64,000 bases of DNA, taken from the NCBI RefSeq assembly GCF_009914755.1, contig NC_060932.1. The stretch is one strand, 5' to 3'. Shown one piece after another: positions 24,983-37,810 of this stretch. The notes beneath the pieces were generated by a model that worked only from the letters and a program-made list of their open reading frames with translations, was not told the DNA's origin and made no database searches. This DNA is from the human T2T-CHM13v2.0 reference genome, Homo sapiens. The first letter of the stretch is position 1. Every line of letters starts with the position of its first letter. Made by a program: the position numbers and the translations under genes.

Positions 24983-26053
24983 CTGAGGAAATGCCAGAAT
25001 CGATTCAGAACACCCTTGCCTTTGCTCTATGTGGGCTTCATTAATTATGTTCAGAGCAGGTCATCTCTAACATTCCTAACTCTGGCTGGGTGTCAGCTCA
25101 CAGCACACAGTCCAGTCCCCTTGACAGGCCCATTTCTGCCTCATTTTCTTATCAAGCACTGGCCTCAAGTTCCCCAAAGCAGTGTGGTTGAATTCTCAAG
25201 GGTTCTGCCAAATGGACTTGAGAAAGAAAAAACCAAAGTCAAGCCCATTGATGACTAACAAATGCACCCTAACTTCCCACTGAAAACGAGTGTGGCCTCT
25301 CCCCCACCTAGGGACACAGAGATCCAGGGTGTGCTATCAATTCTTGTGGTAACCTCCAGCCTTGGATTCCTGACTCAGTGTCATCTCTCCCTACTTCCCG
25401 GCAGGAATCTTTCTAGAGTGCAAAGCCAACTGTCTTATTCCCCCACTGAAAGTCCTCTGGTGGTTTCATATTGTTGAGGGATAACGGATAAATGAAGGAA
25501 CCGGACACTTGGGTCCCTCACCCCATGCCCAGATTGTTCATTCAAGCCTCATATTCTCCCACCCTCTACCACCTGCATCCCTGTCCCTAGCACAGGTCCC
25601 CTGCCAGCAAACACCACTTCAGACTTGAGTCTAACTCAATGCTTTCTAATCTCACCTCCCCTCTAGCCTGTGAGCTCCTTGCAGTCAAGACCAGGTGTAT
25701 TCACCTTTGTCTCCTCAGCACAGAGCAGGTCCTCAACTCCTGTCTGAGGGAAGAAGTGCATGAAACTTTTGGGTATATAAACTGAATTTGATGAGGCTGG
25801 GATACACCAGAATGCCCCCAAAATGGACTGCTATGGTGAAAAATGGTGGAAGATGAGGACTATGTCTTATCCCTCTCCGTATGCCCCCAACCTGACATCA
25901 TGATGCTTGGGGTGAAGGTCCCTTCAACATGTGGTGCCATGATTGAACTGCACGACCTGCACCTCACCCTGCTCAGGATTGCCCTGGGGACAGCAAGAGA
26001 GAGAGGCCTCACTGCGATTCAGGAAGTCTTACTCTAAACTCAGGCTCTGCTAC

Positions 26054-27637
26054 TGTGACAGTAAGTAGCGAGTCAGACATGAGCAGGGCAGGAGAGGGTC
26101 CCACCAGGAATGTCAGGCGACCATCAGGTGATGGTCAGGGGGTTATAATCTGTCTCTCTAAAATAATAGTTGGTCTCAGCCAGCACCAGGGAAAGGCAGT
26201 CTCCTAACAAACAGAAACACCTGAAACTGGTGATCAGCAGCTTCCTGGTAAGAACTCAGGAGTTGGGCGAGTAGACTCAAGCATGCGTATTAAGAGGCAA
26301 AATGGTGCCATTTAACTGGTATATGACCTTCCTCCAGGAACACTCGACTGGTAAGGGAAAAATGCCTCAAGTGAGCATGTGTACAATTCCAATAAATACA
26401 CTGTACATACAGCTTCTCCTGAGTGCTAGCAGGCCACTATGCATGCAGACAGCCCATTCTAAGGTATTGCGGGATCTGGCCAGCAGCCCGCAATGCAACG
26501 GGGCTCTCTCTTTGTTCCCAGGTGAATCGGCAGGTTGAGAAATAATAGACACACACAAGATAGTGAAAGCTGGGTCCAGGGGGGTCACCGCCTTCTGGTC
26601 CCATGGTGCCAACAATGCACTGGATATACCAGCATTTATTATTAAATTTAGTGAGGGCAGGGGTAGGTTAGTGAGGGATTTAGGGTCATTTGATTATGAG
26701 GTGAGATGGTCACATGAGGATGAAGTAATTCTTCAACATAACATCTGTATGCAGAAGTATAGTATACAGAGATAAGAATTTACAATACAGTGTGTGCATC
26801 AGTAATTTCTAACAGAGCCTTAAAACAGAAACACAGTCTTTCCATAACCTATGATTAGCAAGATATTAATCAGAGTAACAGTTGCAGCAAAAGCTGGTTA
26901 CAAACAATCCATAGAAACCGGACGTGAAGCTAGACAACCGATTAGACCAGAAATTCTCAGAAGGGAGTATGCCTTCACCCTAAAGAGGCCTAGAAGAGCT
27001 GCGGCAAGATGAGGGCATTTATAGCCCTATCTTATCCATATGGACAGGTGCCCCCCATGCATCCGTTTACAGGCTCTCCACAAGGTTCGCATTCCATTCC
27101 CAGAGCTATGAATATCTGCTTTTCTGGGATAGGAATCTTGGTGATGTGAAACCTCCCTGACTGCATGCCCATTCATAGGCTCTCTGCAGGGGGAAGCACA
27201 TCACACACTGTTGGCTCATTCTGGCAGTCCAACCTGGCATTGTCTTTACACAATCCTGCATGCAATTTTGTATTTACAATAATCAGGAGCATTCCACCTT
27301 TTATTCCGTAGCAATAGTTTCAAGGGGTCTCCCCTCACCAAGGGAAGAATTGGGGAGAGGGGAAACAGGCCCTAGAAGTATGCCAATGTATAAAATCCCA
27401 AGTCAAATGTCAAACAGGGCACTCCATCTCTCAATCAGCCCGCTTGGCCCTCTTCCAACTGCAGTGCACTTTACCTACTTTCTTTCCCACTCTACAGCTT
27501 TTTAATAAATTTTCACTCTTGCTCTAAAACTTGCCTGAGTCTCTCCTTCTGCTTTATGCCCCTCAGTCAAACTCTTTCTTCTGAGGAGGCAAGAATTGAG
27601 GTTACTGCGGACTCTAACGGACTCACTGTCGGTAACA
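26054..27637 (+). mobile_element. MER50 (ERV1) solo LTR, split by an ERVK LTR
   Basis: CAGACATGAGCAGGGCAGGAGAGGG...GGAATGTCAGGCGACCATCAGGTGATGG; resumes at CCAAGGGAAGAAT; ends GGTAACA; 4-bp TSD CTAC/CTGC. Confidence 0.88.
26465..27337 (-). mobile_element. MER11-family ERVK solo LTR (probably MER11D, HML-7)
   Basis: 873 bp; minus strand begins TGAGGGGAGACCCCTTGAAACTATTGCTACGG and ends GATCCCGCAATA; 6-bp TSD CTAAGG/CCAAGG, typical of betaretrovirus-like ERVs. Confidence 0.78.
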
Positions 27638-27641
27638 CTGC

Positions 27642-27830
27642 CTCTTCCCTGTGATTTTAATCTGTGTATTATTTAATATGTTATTTAATGTCTATGAATT
27701 TCTCTTTCCTTATTTATACAATGGAGATAAAAATATCTACCCTGCATGGCCATTGTGAAGATTAAATGACATCAGGTAGGTAAAGCACTGAGCTCAATGT
27801 CTGTAACATGGCAGTGCTCAATAAATAGAA
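27642..27830 (+). mobile_element. MIR (3' part; 5' part at ~26030-26053)
   Basis: AATGGAGATAAAAATATCTACC...TTGTGAAGATTAAATGA...GTGCTCAATAAAT; continues CAGGCTCTGCTAC across the MER50. Confidence 0.75.
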
Positions 27831-28561
27831 TCTATCAAGCTTGAAAGATCAAATGAATCAAAATGAAGAATTCTGTATTAGCTGTGATTTTTCATGAGAA
27901 ATCAAGAAGCTTTCACCTGTGATGTAGTCTCCAAAGCTCACATCAGAAAGAACATAAGCCCTAACGCAGTCAGAGATGCTGAGTGAGGACCCTTCAGGGC
28001 AACCCTATAGTTATGTGCTTTGTGAAGTACCTCACCCACTTTTTTTTCTTATCAAATTGAAAATATTGCAGTATTTGGGCACAATCCCCATCTTTGAATT
28101 TATGTAACTCTCAAGATGTGCACTTTATGGCTATTACGTGATTGAGTTTTGATACTATTTGAATGGTGTCAGGGTTAAATTTCTACACCTGCGTGCAGCA
28201 AGGAAGGTCGCTCCTAAGTAACTAGTTCACCGTCTAGATCTTTGAGGAATCAGGAGCCAGGACAAGATGTCCTGGAAGTTGTGTCAGTGCATCAGGGGAA
28301 GAGCCTGGACATCCTAAGAGCATAGGGTAGGGAGTGAAGAATCTCAGAGCAGATGATCTATGACCTGATGCGAGTGAACCTTGCCCTTGGGAAATCACAC
28401 CTGGCTTTTCATCTATTTATTGCGTCATGTGCTCCCCTAGTTTTCATTAATCTCTACCTCAAAAACCTACCCCGATTCAATGGTGCTCAGGCCCAGGAAG
28501 AGAAGAGGTGGAGATTAAGGATGGGCCTGGAGTCTTAAAGGGGAAGCACAGCCACACTTAC

Positions 28562-28680
28562 CCAAGAAAGCAATCTCTTTTAAGCACCAAGCCTTGGCTA
28601 GCAGTGGGATTTCTTCTGGTTTTGTTTTTGTTTTTGTGTTTGATTTAACTGTGTTGTTTAATATAAAAGGGAGCACAATT
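28562..28680 (-). ncRNA. Candidate internal exon (119 nt)
   Basis: Acceptor ATTCCTCTTTACAG|A (AG at 28682-28681) and donor TGG|GTAAGT (28561-28556). Confidence 0.4.
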
Positions 28681-28698
28681 CTGTAAAGAGGAATTTTG

Positions 28699-28981
28699 GG
28701 TTGGGCACATTGGCTCACGCCTGTAATCCCAGCACTTTGGGAGGCTGAGGTGGGTGGATTGCCTGAGCTCAGGAGTTCAAGACCACCCTGGGCAACATGG
28801 TGAAATAAAATACAAAAAAAGAAATACAAAAAATTAGTCAGGCGTGGTGGCAGGAGCCTGGAGTCCCAGCTACTCAGGAGGCTGAGGCATGAGAATTGCT
28901 TGAATCCAGGAGGTGGAAGTTGCGGATTGCACCACTGCACTCCAGCCTGGGAGAAAGAGCAAGACTCTGTCTCAAAAAAAG
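28699..28981 (+). mobile_element. Alu with two small internal deletions
   Basis: Dimeric Alu; TSD GAGGAATTTTG at 28688-28698 and 28982-28992. Confidence 0.93.
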
Positions 28982-29054
28982 GAGGAATTTTGAACTTGAT
29001 GAGCTAACCAAGAGGGAAAAACTTTCTCCCAAGTAAAAAGATAATATTTGGGCC

Positions 29055-29262
29055 ATAACAGTAAACAAAGTGCTTCCTCTGTGTCAGGTTCTCTTCTAAG
29101 ATCTTTACATACATTAAACATTTTAATTTTTACAACAACCTAATGAAAATGAGTGTTCTTATCCCTTTTTACATATGAAGAAACACCAACAGAGAGAGGG
29201 TAAACAGTGAGCATGTGACAGTCAGGATTTGAACCCAGGCAGCCATCCGGGACCCATACTCC
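29055..29262 (-). mobile_element. MIR
   Basis: TTTTACATATGAAGAAAC...CAGGATTTGAACCCAGGCAG. Confidence 0.7.
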
Positions 29263-30366
29263 TAACAGCTGCATGATATCATCTCTTAGAAAAGCGCAGA
29301 AACAGATCTCAGTAGCAGGAAGAAATTCAATAGGAATCCCACGTGCTGTAGCTCTCCACTCTTCCCACACCCTCATGCTACCCCTCTCAACAGCACAAGC
29401 TGGGAAGTGGGTCAGAGCTCTGTGGGGGCTCAGTGGTTGTGTTTCAGGCTGAAATGGAGCAGAACAGGATGAAAGCCATCTCTAGAGCTGTCAGTGCTGA
29501 GCTCAGCAGGTCAGGGCCAGGTGGGGCCATGCATGGAGGGCAAGAAGTCCAAATTGAAGTGCTTTACCCCACTTCCCACTGCTGCAAGGCTTCCTCAGCA
29601 CCTGTATTCACTGTGCACCAGCTGGGGACCCCCGGGAACCAACATGAGCAGCTGTAGAAAAGGTTGGCCTTCATTTATGAGGGGATTTTGCTTTTTTAAT
29701 TAAGAGAGTGAGCACTTATATTTGTTTTCAGTAGCCATCCTCTAGACAGTAAGATGTTGATTTCTCCAGTCCCCAGAAGAGGAATAAAACAGGAACCCAG
29801 TTAAAGAAGGCAGAGGCAGAAGACGCAAGCCCAGGCTGTGCACAAAACCCTGTGAGCTTAGGGCTCCTCCTGCCAGAAACATGTTCCAGCAGCAGGGGCC
29901 ACCCTGACCTGCTCCCGTTCCCTGTAGAATCCCACCACTCTGCCTTGGCCCAGTCTCTGTCCTTGAGCCAGGACACCTCCTATCCCCACCTCTCTCATTC
30001 AAACCATCTCTGACATACAATGCCCAGCTCACATGCTATGTCCCCACCATCTCCAGCAGGAAGTGCCATCTCCCACTCGGCTCCCACAGCATTAGGTCTC
30101 TTGGATCATGGCATGCCCACATCATACTTTTACTCCAAACTCACATGGGTTCATGTGCTTCCCAGAGCTCGTTCATGGGAGGCATCCTTCCTTCCTTCCT
30201 TCCTTCCTCTGCAGCAGGCAGGGTGGGTGTTAGTCTCTGCATTGACAGAGTCAGGAAATTAAAGACCAGAGCAGCAGACTTGCTCAAAGAAATGTGGGTC
30301 TTAATAAACATTGTCCTGTCTCCAGGATGAGTCTTCTAAGTCCACAGGCCAACACCTGCCACTTAC

Positions 30367-30492
30367 CTTGGTTCTTCCTAGAGAGCTTCTCTGAACACTT
30401 TATCCCCAATCCACTCTCCAACCTGCTGTCCAGGGGTTTTTTGTGCTGTTTGTGAACTTCATCCCTAAAACTCATAATGTGGCTCACAGCTC
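30367..30492 (-). ncRNA. Candidate internal exon (126 nt)
   Basis: Acceptor CATATTTCACAG|G (AG at 30494-30493) and strong donor CAAG|GTAAGT (30366-30361). Confidence 0.4.
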
Positions 30493-30975
30493 CTGTGAAA
30501 TATGCTTCCTGTCTAAAACTGCCAGCTCGCCTCTCGGCCCTCTTCCCTCCTTGCCACTTGCCAGCCTGCTAGCTTGCTCATGTTTCTCTAACATGGAAAA
30601 CTCCACTCCCTTCCAACTCACAACCTCAATGCCTGTGGGGCCTTTGCCCAAATTTTATCTTGCTCCCCACCCACTTCAGCACCACTCTTCTCCCAGCAGC
30701 CTCCTACCTACCAGTCCTTCTCATCTCAGCATAAAGAACACTTCCTCCCAGAGGAGCTCCTGGCCCTAACTAAACAGGTGAAGGCAACCCACTTCATAAT
30801 CTCAGAGATCCTTTATGTTCTTGATAGCATGAAGCATACTTTGTGGTTATATATTTAATTTGCTATAATTTATTTTATGTTTGTTTCCCTCACTATATTG
30901 GCTACATCGTGTAAATTTGCTTCTTGTGTCTGATATTGTGCCAGCCAGGTATCTATGTATCTACATACATACAAA

Positions 30976-30999
30976 CACACACACACACACACACACACA
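30976..30999. repeat. (CA)n microsatellite
   Basis: Read directly. Confidence 0.95.
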
Positions 31000-31884
31000 T
31001 ATTGAATAAATCAGTAAAAAACAAGATAAATAGCCACTGGAAGGATATTGGATTTTCCCTTTGAAAATCCCTCTTACTTTTAGAATTCAGTAAGAATATT
31101 TTTTTAGACAAGAGGGGAGACTCAGGTTCTGTTCATTTAGAAAAAGTCCACTGAAAAAAATTAGCTTTCTTATCTTGGCTGTCTAGCAGGGTGTCCAGGG
31201 GTTCTCCAGGTTTAATTGTGCCATCTGTGGAGTATGCATCTTGGTTCATGTCTCAGGAAGCAAGAGATAAAGATATTGAAAGGTGCTTGTTCCATTTAAG
31301 GGAGAAACACACTGGTCACAGCCAGCCAGAAGGGCAGGCTCTGGAGCAAGCCCAGAGCAAATGAGCTTCTAAATGGCCCCAGCTGCAGAGGAGGAGTCCA
31401 GACAGGTCCTCTCAAAAGTCAAAGCCCCAACACATGAAGCTGTTCTTTCAGCCACTTTCTCCACTCATCCACAGCAGCAAAAGAGAAAAAAAGACTTCCA
31501 AGCTTTGTTTTAATGCACTCAGTTGAAAACAAATATTGAGCCCGCCTGTCTTCACTCTCAGATTTAAGAGAAGAAATCATGACCAAAGAACGGGCTTGTT
31601 TATCACCTTTGGCCACCTCCCCTCCTACCCTGGTGGTCACCCAAAGAAGCTGTCATTGAATGTATATTCTGGCCCTTAAAAACTGAACTACAATGAGATA
31701 TATGAAAAACATGGACCAAACTGGCTGTGCTACTAACTAATTAGTAAGTCTCATTAATTGGCCTTGGAAGGATTCTGTAGCTTTCCTGAAAGTTGGCTTC
31801 TTTATTTACAAAATGAGGATTTAAAGATTTTATGTGAATTTTCTTTCCCATAGGATTATATCAGGAAAGGCCCAAGTGCACCCA

Positions 31885-32120
31885 GAAGTGGTACAGGGTC
31901 ATGGTCTGGAGGCAAAGAGACATGGATTGAATCTTGGTTCTGCCACTGTTCAGCTGTGTGACCTTGGACAAGTCATTTAACCTCTCTGGACTTCAGTATC
32001 CTCATCTGTACATAGGAATACAAAAAGCACCTACCGATTACTGCAAGGGCTATTTGAGATTAAATTTTAAAATGTACATAAAGTGTTGAGTGCATGACTG
32101 GCACATGGCTGGAGCCCAAG
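31885..32120 (+). mobile_element. MIR
   Basis: CAGCTGTGTGACCTTGGACAAGTCATTTAACCTCTCTG...CCTCATCTGTA core. Confidence 0.88.
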
Positions 32121-32688
32121 AAATTGCAGTAGCAGTACCTGTATAAACATCCCTAAGATAATGTGAACTATAACTCACTATAATATGTAAATATAGTCGA
32201 CCATCATTGATTACCTGCCAACTCAAAACTCTATCACCTGCTGACCTTTCCTTTTCCTCTACTCCCACAGAACATCCTCTCCGTACTGCATAATTGGAAC
32301 TTAACTATATTCTCCCATATGTTTACTCTATGGTTTGGTTACAGTTAGAAACAAATGTGGCTCACTCAGGTCAAACCTCCTGTGCTGGGGTAGAAGGTGG
32401 GTGAGCTGCACAAGGTGGAGTCACCTAATCCAGGGCCTGGTTCCCCTCCGCAGGTATAGGAACTTTATTTAGAGGAGTTCACTCCCAGGACTGAGCAGTC
32501 TCTCAGGAACTGACTCACACCAACATGCTCCCTCCCTTCCCCACCACATATAAAAGCAAATGCACAATTACAAATAATCCTGAATTCTAGCACATCCTTT
32601 ACAGTTGTAGAGTTTTCCCTCCAATGATTGGAAAATTTAGAGAGTGATGGTGCCTGGCATGAAATAAGTGATCAAGAAATATTTATCA

Positions 32689-32990
32689 GCCAGGCAGAGT
32701 GGCTCATGCCTGTAATCCTTAACACTTTGGGAGGCTGAGGCAGGCAGATCACCTGAGGTCAGGAGTTCGAGACCAGCCTGGCCAACATAGTGAAACCTCA
32801 TCTCTACTAAAAATAAAAAATAAAAAAAATCAGCTGGGCATGGTGGCACATGCCTGTAATCCTAGCTACTCGGGAGGCTGAGGCAGGACAACCACTTGAA
32901 CCCAGGAGGTGGAGCTTGCTGTGAACCGAGATCACACCACTGCACTCCAGCCTGGGTGACAGAGCAAGACTCCATCTCAAAATTAAAAAA
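32689..32990 (+). mobile_element. AluSx-like, inserted in an L2 tail
   Basis: Full Alu; 15-bp TSD AAGAAATATTTATCA at 32674-32688 and 32991-33005. Confidence 0.95.
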
Positions 32991-34017
32991 AAGAAATATT
33001 TATCAAATAATATGATCATTATTAATGAAACGATTGTTGGGTGGAGTGTCAGTTATCTATTGCCACAATAATGCTGCAGAGCAATCTACCAAAATGCCTC
33101 GGTGACAAACCCTAGCATTTATTGCATACGTAGGCCAAGTCAGCTTCAAGTAGGTTAGGTGGCTGTGCTGTCCTGACTGAGAAGTTATGTGCTTTGCCAA
33201 TGGGCATCTTCAGTAGAAGAGCTGAAAAACAGGAGCCAGGTTCTCTGTCACCCAGCCCCATGCCTTCCTAATAACCCAGGTTCTCCCAGGTCCCTCTTAG
33301 GACTGAGTAGTCCCTCTCAGGGCTAAGATTCTGTGTTAGGACAGATGGAGCTTTTGGAGGCCCATAATATGTGCACATAAACATAAGCTTCCCCATTGTA
33401 TGCAGAGCCAGTCACAAATTCCAACCAGCTGGGCCAGGACTGAAACAAGCTCTAGCACAATTGCTGAGTTCTAGGAGGCAGAATTCGGGCCAATGTTATT
33501 AATGGGCTAGATTTAATGATGGGCCAGGGAGTGGGAAGGACTCCACTGGGGAGAAAAATGTTTGCCTCCAGGAGGCAAATCATTAATCTCAGCCACTGCA
33601 AGGGAAGCCGTTTGCTTGGCACATGCATGCATTACCCCCCCAAGGGAGAGTTTCCTCTTCCAACTCACAGATAAGAAATGTTCAGGTGGTGAATGACTTA
33701 TTAAGTACCTCTGAAAGCCTGGATCCAAGGCTCAGAATGGTCTCCCCGGGCTCAAGACTGCAGTTACACACACACAAACCACTGTGACTGAATTAATTTT
33801 AAAAGATCTGTAGAATTCAGTCAAAGAGCCATTTATCTCCTCTTTCTAGCTCCAGATAATTGGTTGAGCAGAATTTTTCAATCTTTACTAGTTAGTTCAC
33901 ATAGAATCTAAGAAGGAGTGAAGCAAAAGTCAGCCTGTCTTCAAGGTCATTCCAAGCTCCAAGGGCATCTTTCTATATGACATGATTTAAAGATGTAAAA
34001 TCATCACTATTTCTCAT

Positions 34018-34325
34018 GATTCATTCATTCATTCATTCATTCATTCATTCATTCATTCAGTAGACATGTATTAGAGCCATAGATGCCAGCCATTGAACTA
34101 GACACCAGGGTTGAAGAATGAACAAGCCATAGTCTCTAACCCAAAGAGCTTCATTTTTCCCTAATGGGGAAAAGAGAAACATAATAAATTATAAAAACTA
34201 TTTGGAAAAACATTATAATGGGTGTATGTGCTATATGACATGAGATTAACAAATAAGCACTAAGGAAGAGGTGGCATTGGAGGTAAGTCTTGAAGGATGA
34301 GGAAGGAATTCTAAGCAGAGAACAT
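34018..34325 (-). mobile_element. L2 3' end with expanded (TTCA)n tail
   Basis: About ten ATTC units at 34019-34059, followed by L2-like sequence. Confidence 0.75.
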
Positions 34326-34959
34326 GCATGCTGGTGCTTTGTGTATCAACTCATTCAAACTCCTTCCTATCATCCTTCTAGGGGAGACTGGAATGCTAGA
34401 GTCCACATTGTGCTGACTCCCTTGCAGCTAAGATCTGCACACAAATTAGATTTTACCAATTAGATATATATGAGTTGAAAGGCATAAATAAGCTAAACTA
34501 CTCTATCTTCTCTCTTTTTGAGTTGGGTTTCTGCTAGTAAGGAAGGTCTTAGGAATATGAAGTTTTTCTACAGTAACATTTCAAGGTCTATGTTCCAGCA
34601 TTTGGTCTATGCCCCAACAGGTATTTGAAATGAGAGCTGAGATCCTTGATGCCAGAAACCACCCTGGGCAGCCTCAGAAATAGAAGCTCCCCTGTGAATC
34701 AATTCTATGCTGATCTGAGAGTGATCCCTTTCAATGATTTTGTTAGCACTGAATTCCTATACTAAATGCCTGTCTGCTTAAAATACATATTTGCTGTATT
34801 CAACTTTTACTTGTTTGAAACTTGGAAGTAAACAAAGACTTAAAGATGGGGACTTGAGATTTGTTATCTGAGCTTAGTGGGTTTGAAGGCAGAGACAAGG
34901 ACATTACCATTTGAACATAGGTTACATGGTATGCAATGACAAAAATGACTTAAAGGATC

Positions 34960-36620
34960 ACCTCTGAACCTCCAGATATAATGGTCCAACTGGTATCAGA
35001 CTTGTCTTCCTGCCATATATAATTATAAAACTAAAAAAAGGAAATAAGACAATTCTTCTCAGGCATGTGACAATAGGCTACAGAAGACTGAAATTCCAAG
35101 AGAAGAGAAATTCACAGGTGAGCCTCATGATTGCCCAGCTCTCTGCAAGGGACAACTTCCCAGCTGTGCCCTGGAGTCCAGGCATAGCATACTAACCTCA
35201 CTGATATAGTTTGGCTGTGTCCCCACCAAAATCTCATCTTGAATTGTGGTTCCCACAATTCCCACATGTTGTGTGAGGGACCCAGTGAGAGGTAATGGAA
35301 TCATAGGGTTGGGTCTTTCCCAGGTCGTTCTAGTGATAGTAAATAAGTCTCATGAGATCTGATAGTTTTATAAAGACGAGTTCCCCCGCATAAGCTCTCT
35401 CTTGCCTGCTGCCATGTAAGATGTGACTTTCTTTCTCCTTTGCCTTCTGCCATGATTGGAAGGCCTCCCCATCCATGTGAAACTGTAAGTCCCTTAAACC
35501 TGTTATTCTTTATAAATTACCCAGTCTCAAGTATGGCTTTATAAGCAGTTTGAGAACAGACTAACACACTCACTGTGATGAATGTGCACTGGGGCTGGAA
35601 TATGGGAATCAGGTATTGGAGGACACAAAGCTGTACAGATTGTGAAAGGAGAAGTCACTTGTGAGTCACTGACTCAGAGGTGGGCTGCACAAGCTAAAGG
35701 TGAGACTACCAGAGGCTTACCCTAGTCAGTAGAACAGAGACACTGCAGGCTGGACAGTGCCCAGGAAGTTGAAATTATGGTCCAGCAAGAGAAAAGCCAA
35801 GACCTCATTAACACCTTGCTAACAACCTAGTCACCAAACAGAGGAAACAGAAGGGTCCAGATTTAGGTTTAAAGACCACAGGCTACATAGAGTAAGCCCT
35901 ACACTAGACACACACTAACAGATGCTAAAATTATGATAAGATCTACAACAGAGACAGAGTTTAGAGATTGGATCCCCCAAATTATAGGGCTTGAGAAATA
36001 CCACAGGTTTTTCCAGATCAATCTTTACAAAGCACAAAACCAATATAAATCTAAGGTGATCAACTATTAATTGAACCACTTCCAAAAAAACCTCAATCTA
36101 CATTATCTATTTTGTTCAGTAAAAGTTCAAAAGTATTAGACATGCATGGAAATAGAAAATATAAAAATATAACATTTAGTGAAGAAAAAAAATCAATAGA
36201 AAACCAAACCTGAACTAGCACACATGTAGTATTTCACAGATTAAAATTTTGAAGCAGCTAATATAAACATGTTCACTTAAAGGAAAATGTGATCTAAATG
36301 AGTGAACAGATAGGGCATCTTAGCAAAGAAATTGAAGCTATATTACAGGATCAAATGGAAACTTTGGAATTAGAAACTGAGATAAAGTAATTGAATGGGC
36401 TTAATAACAGATTGAAAATACAAAAGAATGAGTCAACAAATTTGAAAGTAAATCAACAGAAATTCTCCAAGCTGAGGAGCAGAGAAAAAAAGATTGGGGT
36501 AGGGGTTGAAAAAAGACAGGTGGGACAGTATCAGAGACCTCCTCAGGGACTGGTGGAATAATAGCACATGTGTACTAAGATCCCAGAAAGAGAAGAAAAT
36601 GAGAAATGGTTCAATAGGTA
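34960..36620 (+). mobile_element. Ancient L1M 5' region/ORF1 remnant, interrupted by THE1
   Basis: A-rich ORF1-like sequence at 36150-36620 (CAAATGGAAACTTTGGAATTAGAAAC, TGAATGGGCTTAATAACAGATTG); L1M 5'UTR-like blocks near 35000-35160. Confidence 0.6.
35202..35568 (+). mobile_element. THE1 solo LTR
   Basis: TGATATAGTTTGGCTGTGTCCCCACC...ACAGACTAACACA; perfect TSD CTCAC (35197-35201 / 35569-35573). Confidence 0.95.
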
Positions 36621-37409
36621 AAAAGCAGAAATTCTCAGAACGCTTAATAAGCTATGCATTAAAAATCTACAAAATATTCAAAAGAGCAGCATAAGCACAG
36701 TCTGCCAAATATATTTGACCCTAGAACCTTTGTACCATGGAGCAGATTACAGAACCATGTTCTGCAGAATGCAATTTGGGAAATATCACCCTACAGGTTG
36801 AAAATGCAGCTCAGGTACTTTTTGGAGATGACAGTGATTCTGGACTCTCAGAGGGTGATACTATTCAAAGAGTGGGTGATGGACACTATAAGAATACTAC
36901 AGGAGGTCGAAGAGGACACAGAAAGAGAGGTAGACGGGGCTAAAGACAAATGTCCTCCACACATCCTAGTCCTGGGCCCTGAGCCAGGCCCAACTCAATC
37001 TCTGCTTAACATCTCCAGGTCCTCAAGCACCACTCAGTGTACACAGCCCCAGGAGCCCCAAGGGAAATCTGGGTCCAGGACTCAGAAAACTAATTTTTAC
37101 CGAAGGAGATAGGAACCTTGAAGAAGTGCCATATTCCAGGTGGAGAGGATTGCCTTGTGTTTTCATTTCATTTTCTGAAAGTGACAAAATTGGAGGAAAA
37201 GCCTTTTAATATGAGAGAAATAGCATGAAACCACAAATCACAGGACCCTGGATCACAGCTGAGTCTGGCCAACATTTTCCATGAATCAAATGAAAGAATC
37301 TATGGGATATTAAACAGAACACACCACAAAATATAAGACGAAACCTCAAGTAGTATCTAAGAGAAAATGTCATGTGGTCGTCTGCATAATAAAACCTGCA
37401 AATACATAA

Positions 37410-37590
37410 CCTTCTTAATTACAGAGCACTTGGGAATTTGCTGTTACCTTTGAACTTTATGACAACCCACAGAAATGTGGCATTGTTTTCATGTTACAGA
37501 TGAAGAAATCAAGACTCAGGGAAGAACTCTGAATTTCTGGAGACCATGTAATTAGTTCACAACAGAACTGAGACTCAAATGTAGCTCATT
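37410..37590 (-). mobile_element. MIR
   Basis: TTACAGATGAAGAAATCAAGACTCAG core. Confidence 0.6.
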
Positions 37591-37810
37591 TTTCTTAATA
37601 ACCCACAGCCAAAAACAAAACAACAGCCAAAGCTAATATATTGCAAAATTATAAAAATTATTTTTCATATTGCTTTTGCCATGTTCTTCTCCCCACTCCA
37701 GTTCTCTTACACCACTGCTTGCTTCATACTCCCTTCCCAGAAATGCCCTCAGTCCGGGAACTCTTTCTTTCTGTGGCACCAATGCTTATTGTATATAGTG
37801 CCTGCCTATA

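Noticed and set aside
24818-25258. Longest ORF in the window (146 aa, + strand)
   Set aside because: No recognisable domain or plus-strand exon/poly(A) support; this length is expected by chance in 64 kb.
36737-36943. 68-aa ORF with a good Kozak context (ACCATGG) and an RGG-like basic tail
   Set aside because: Its start lies in what looks like a small hAT (MER112-like) remnant; no promoter, poly(A) or homology support.
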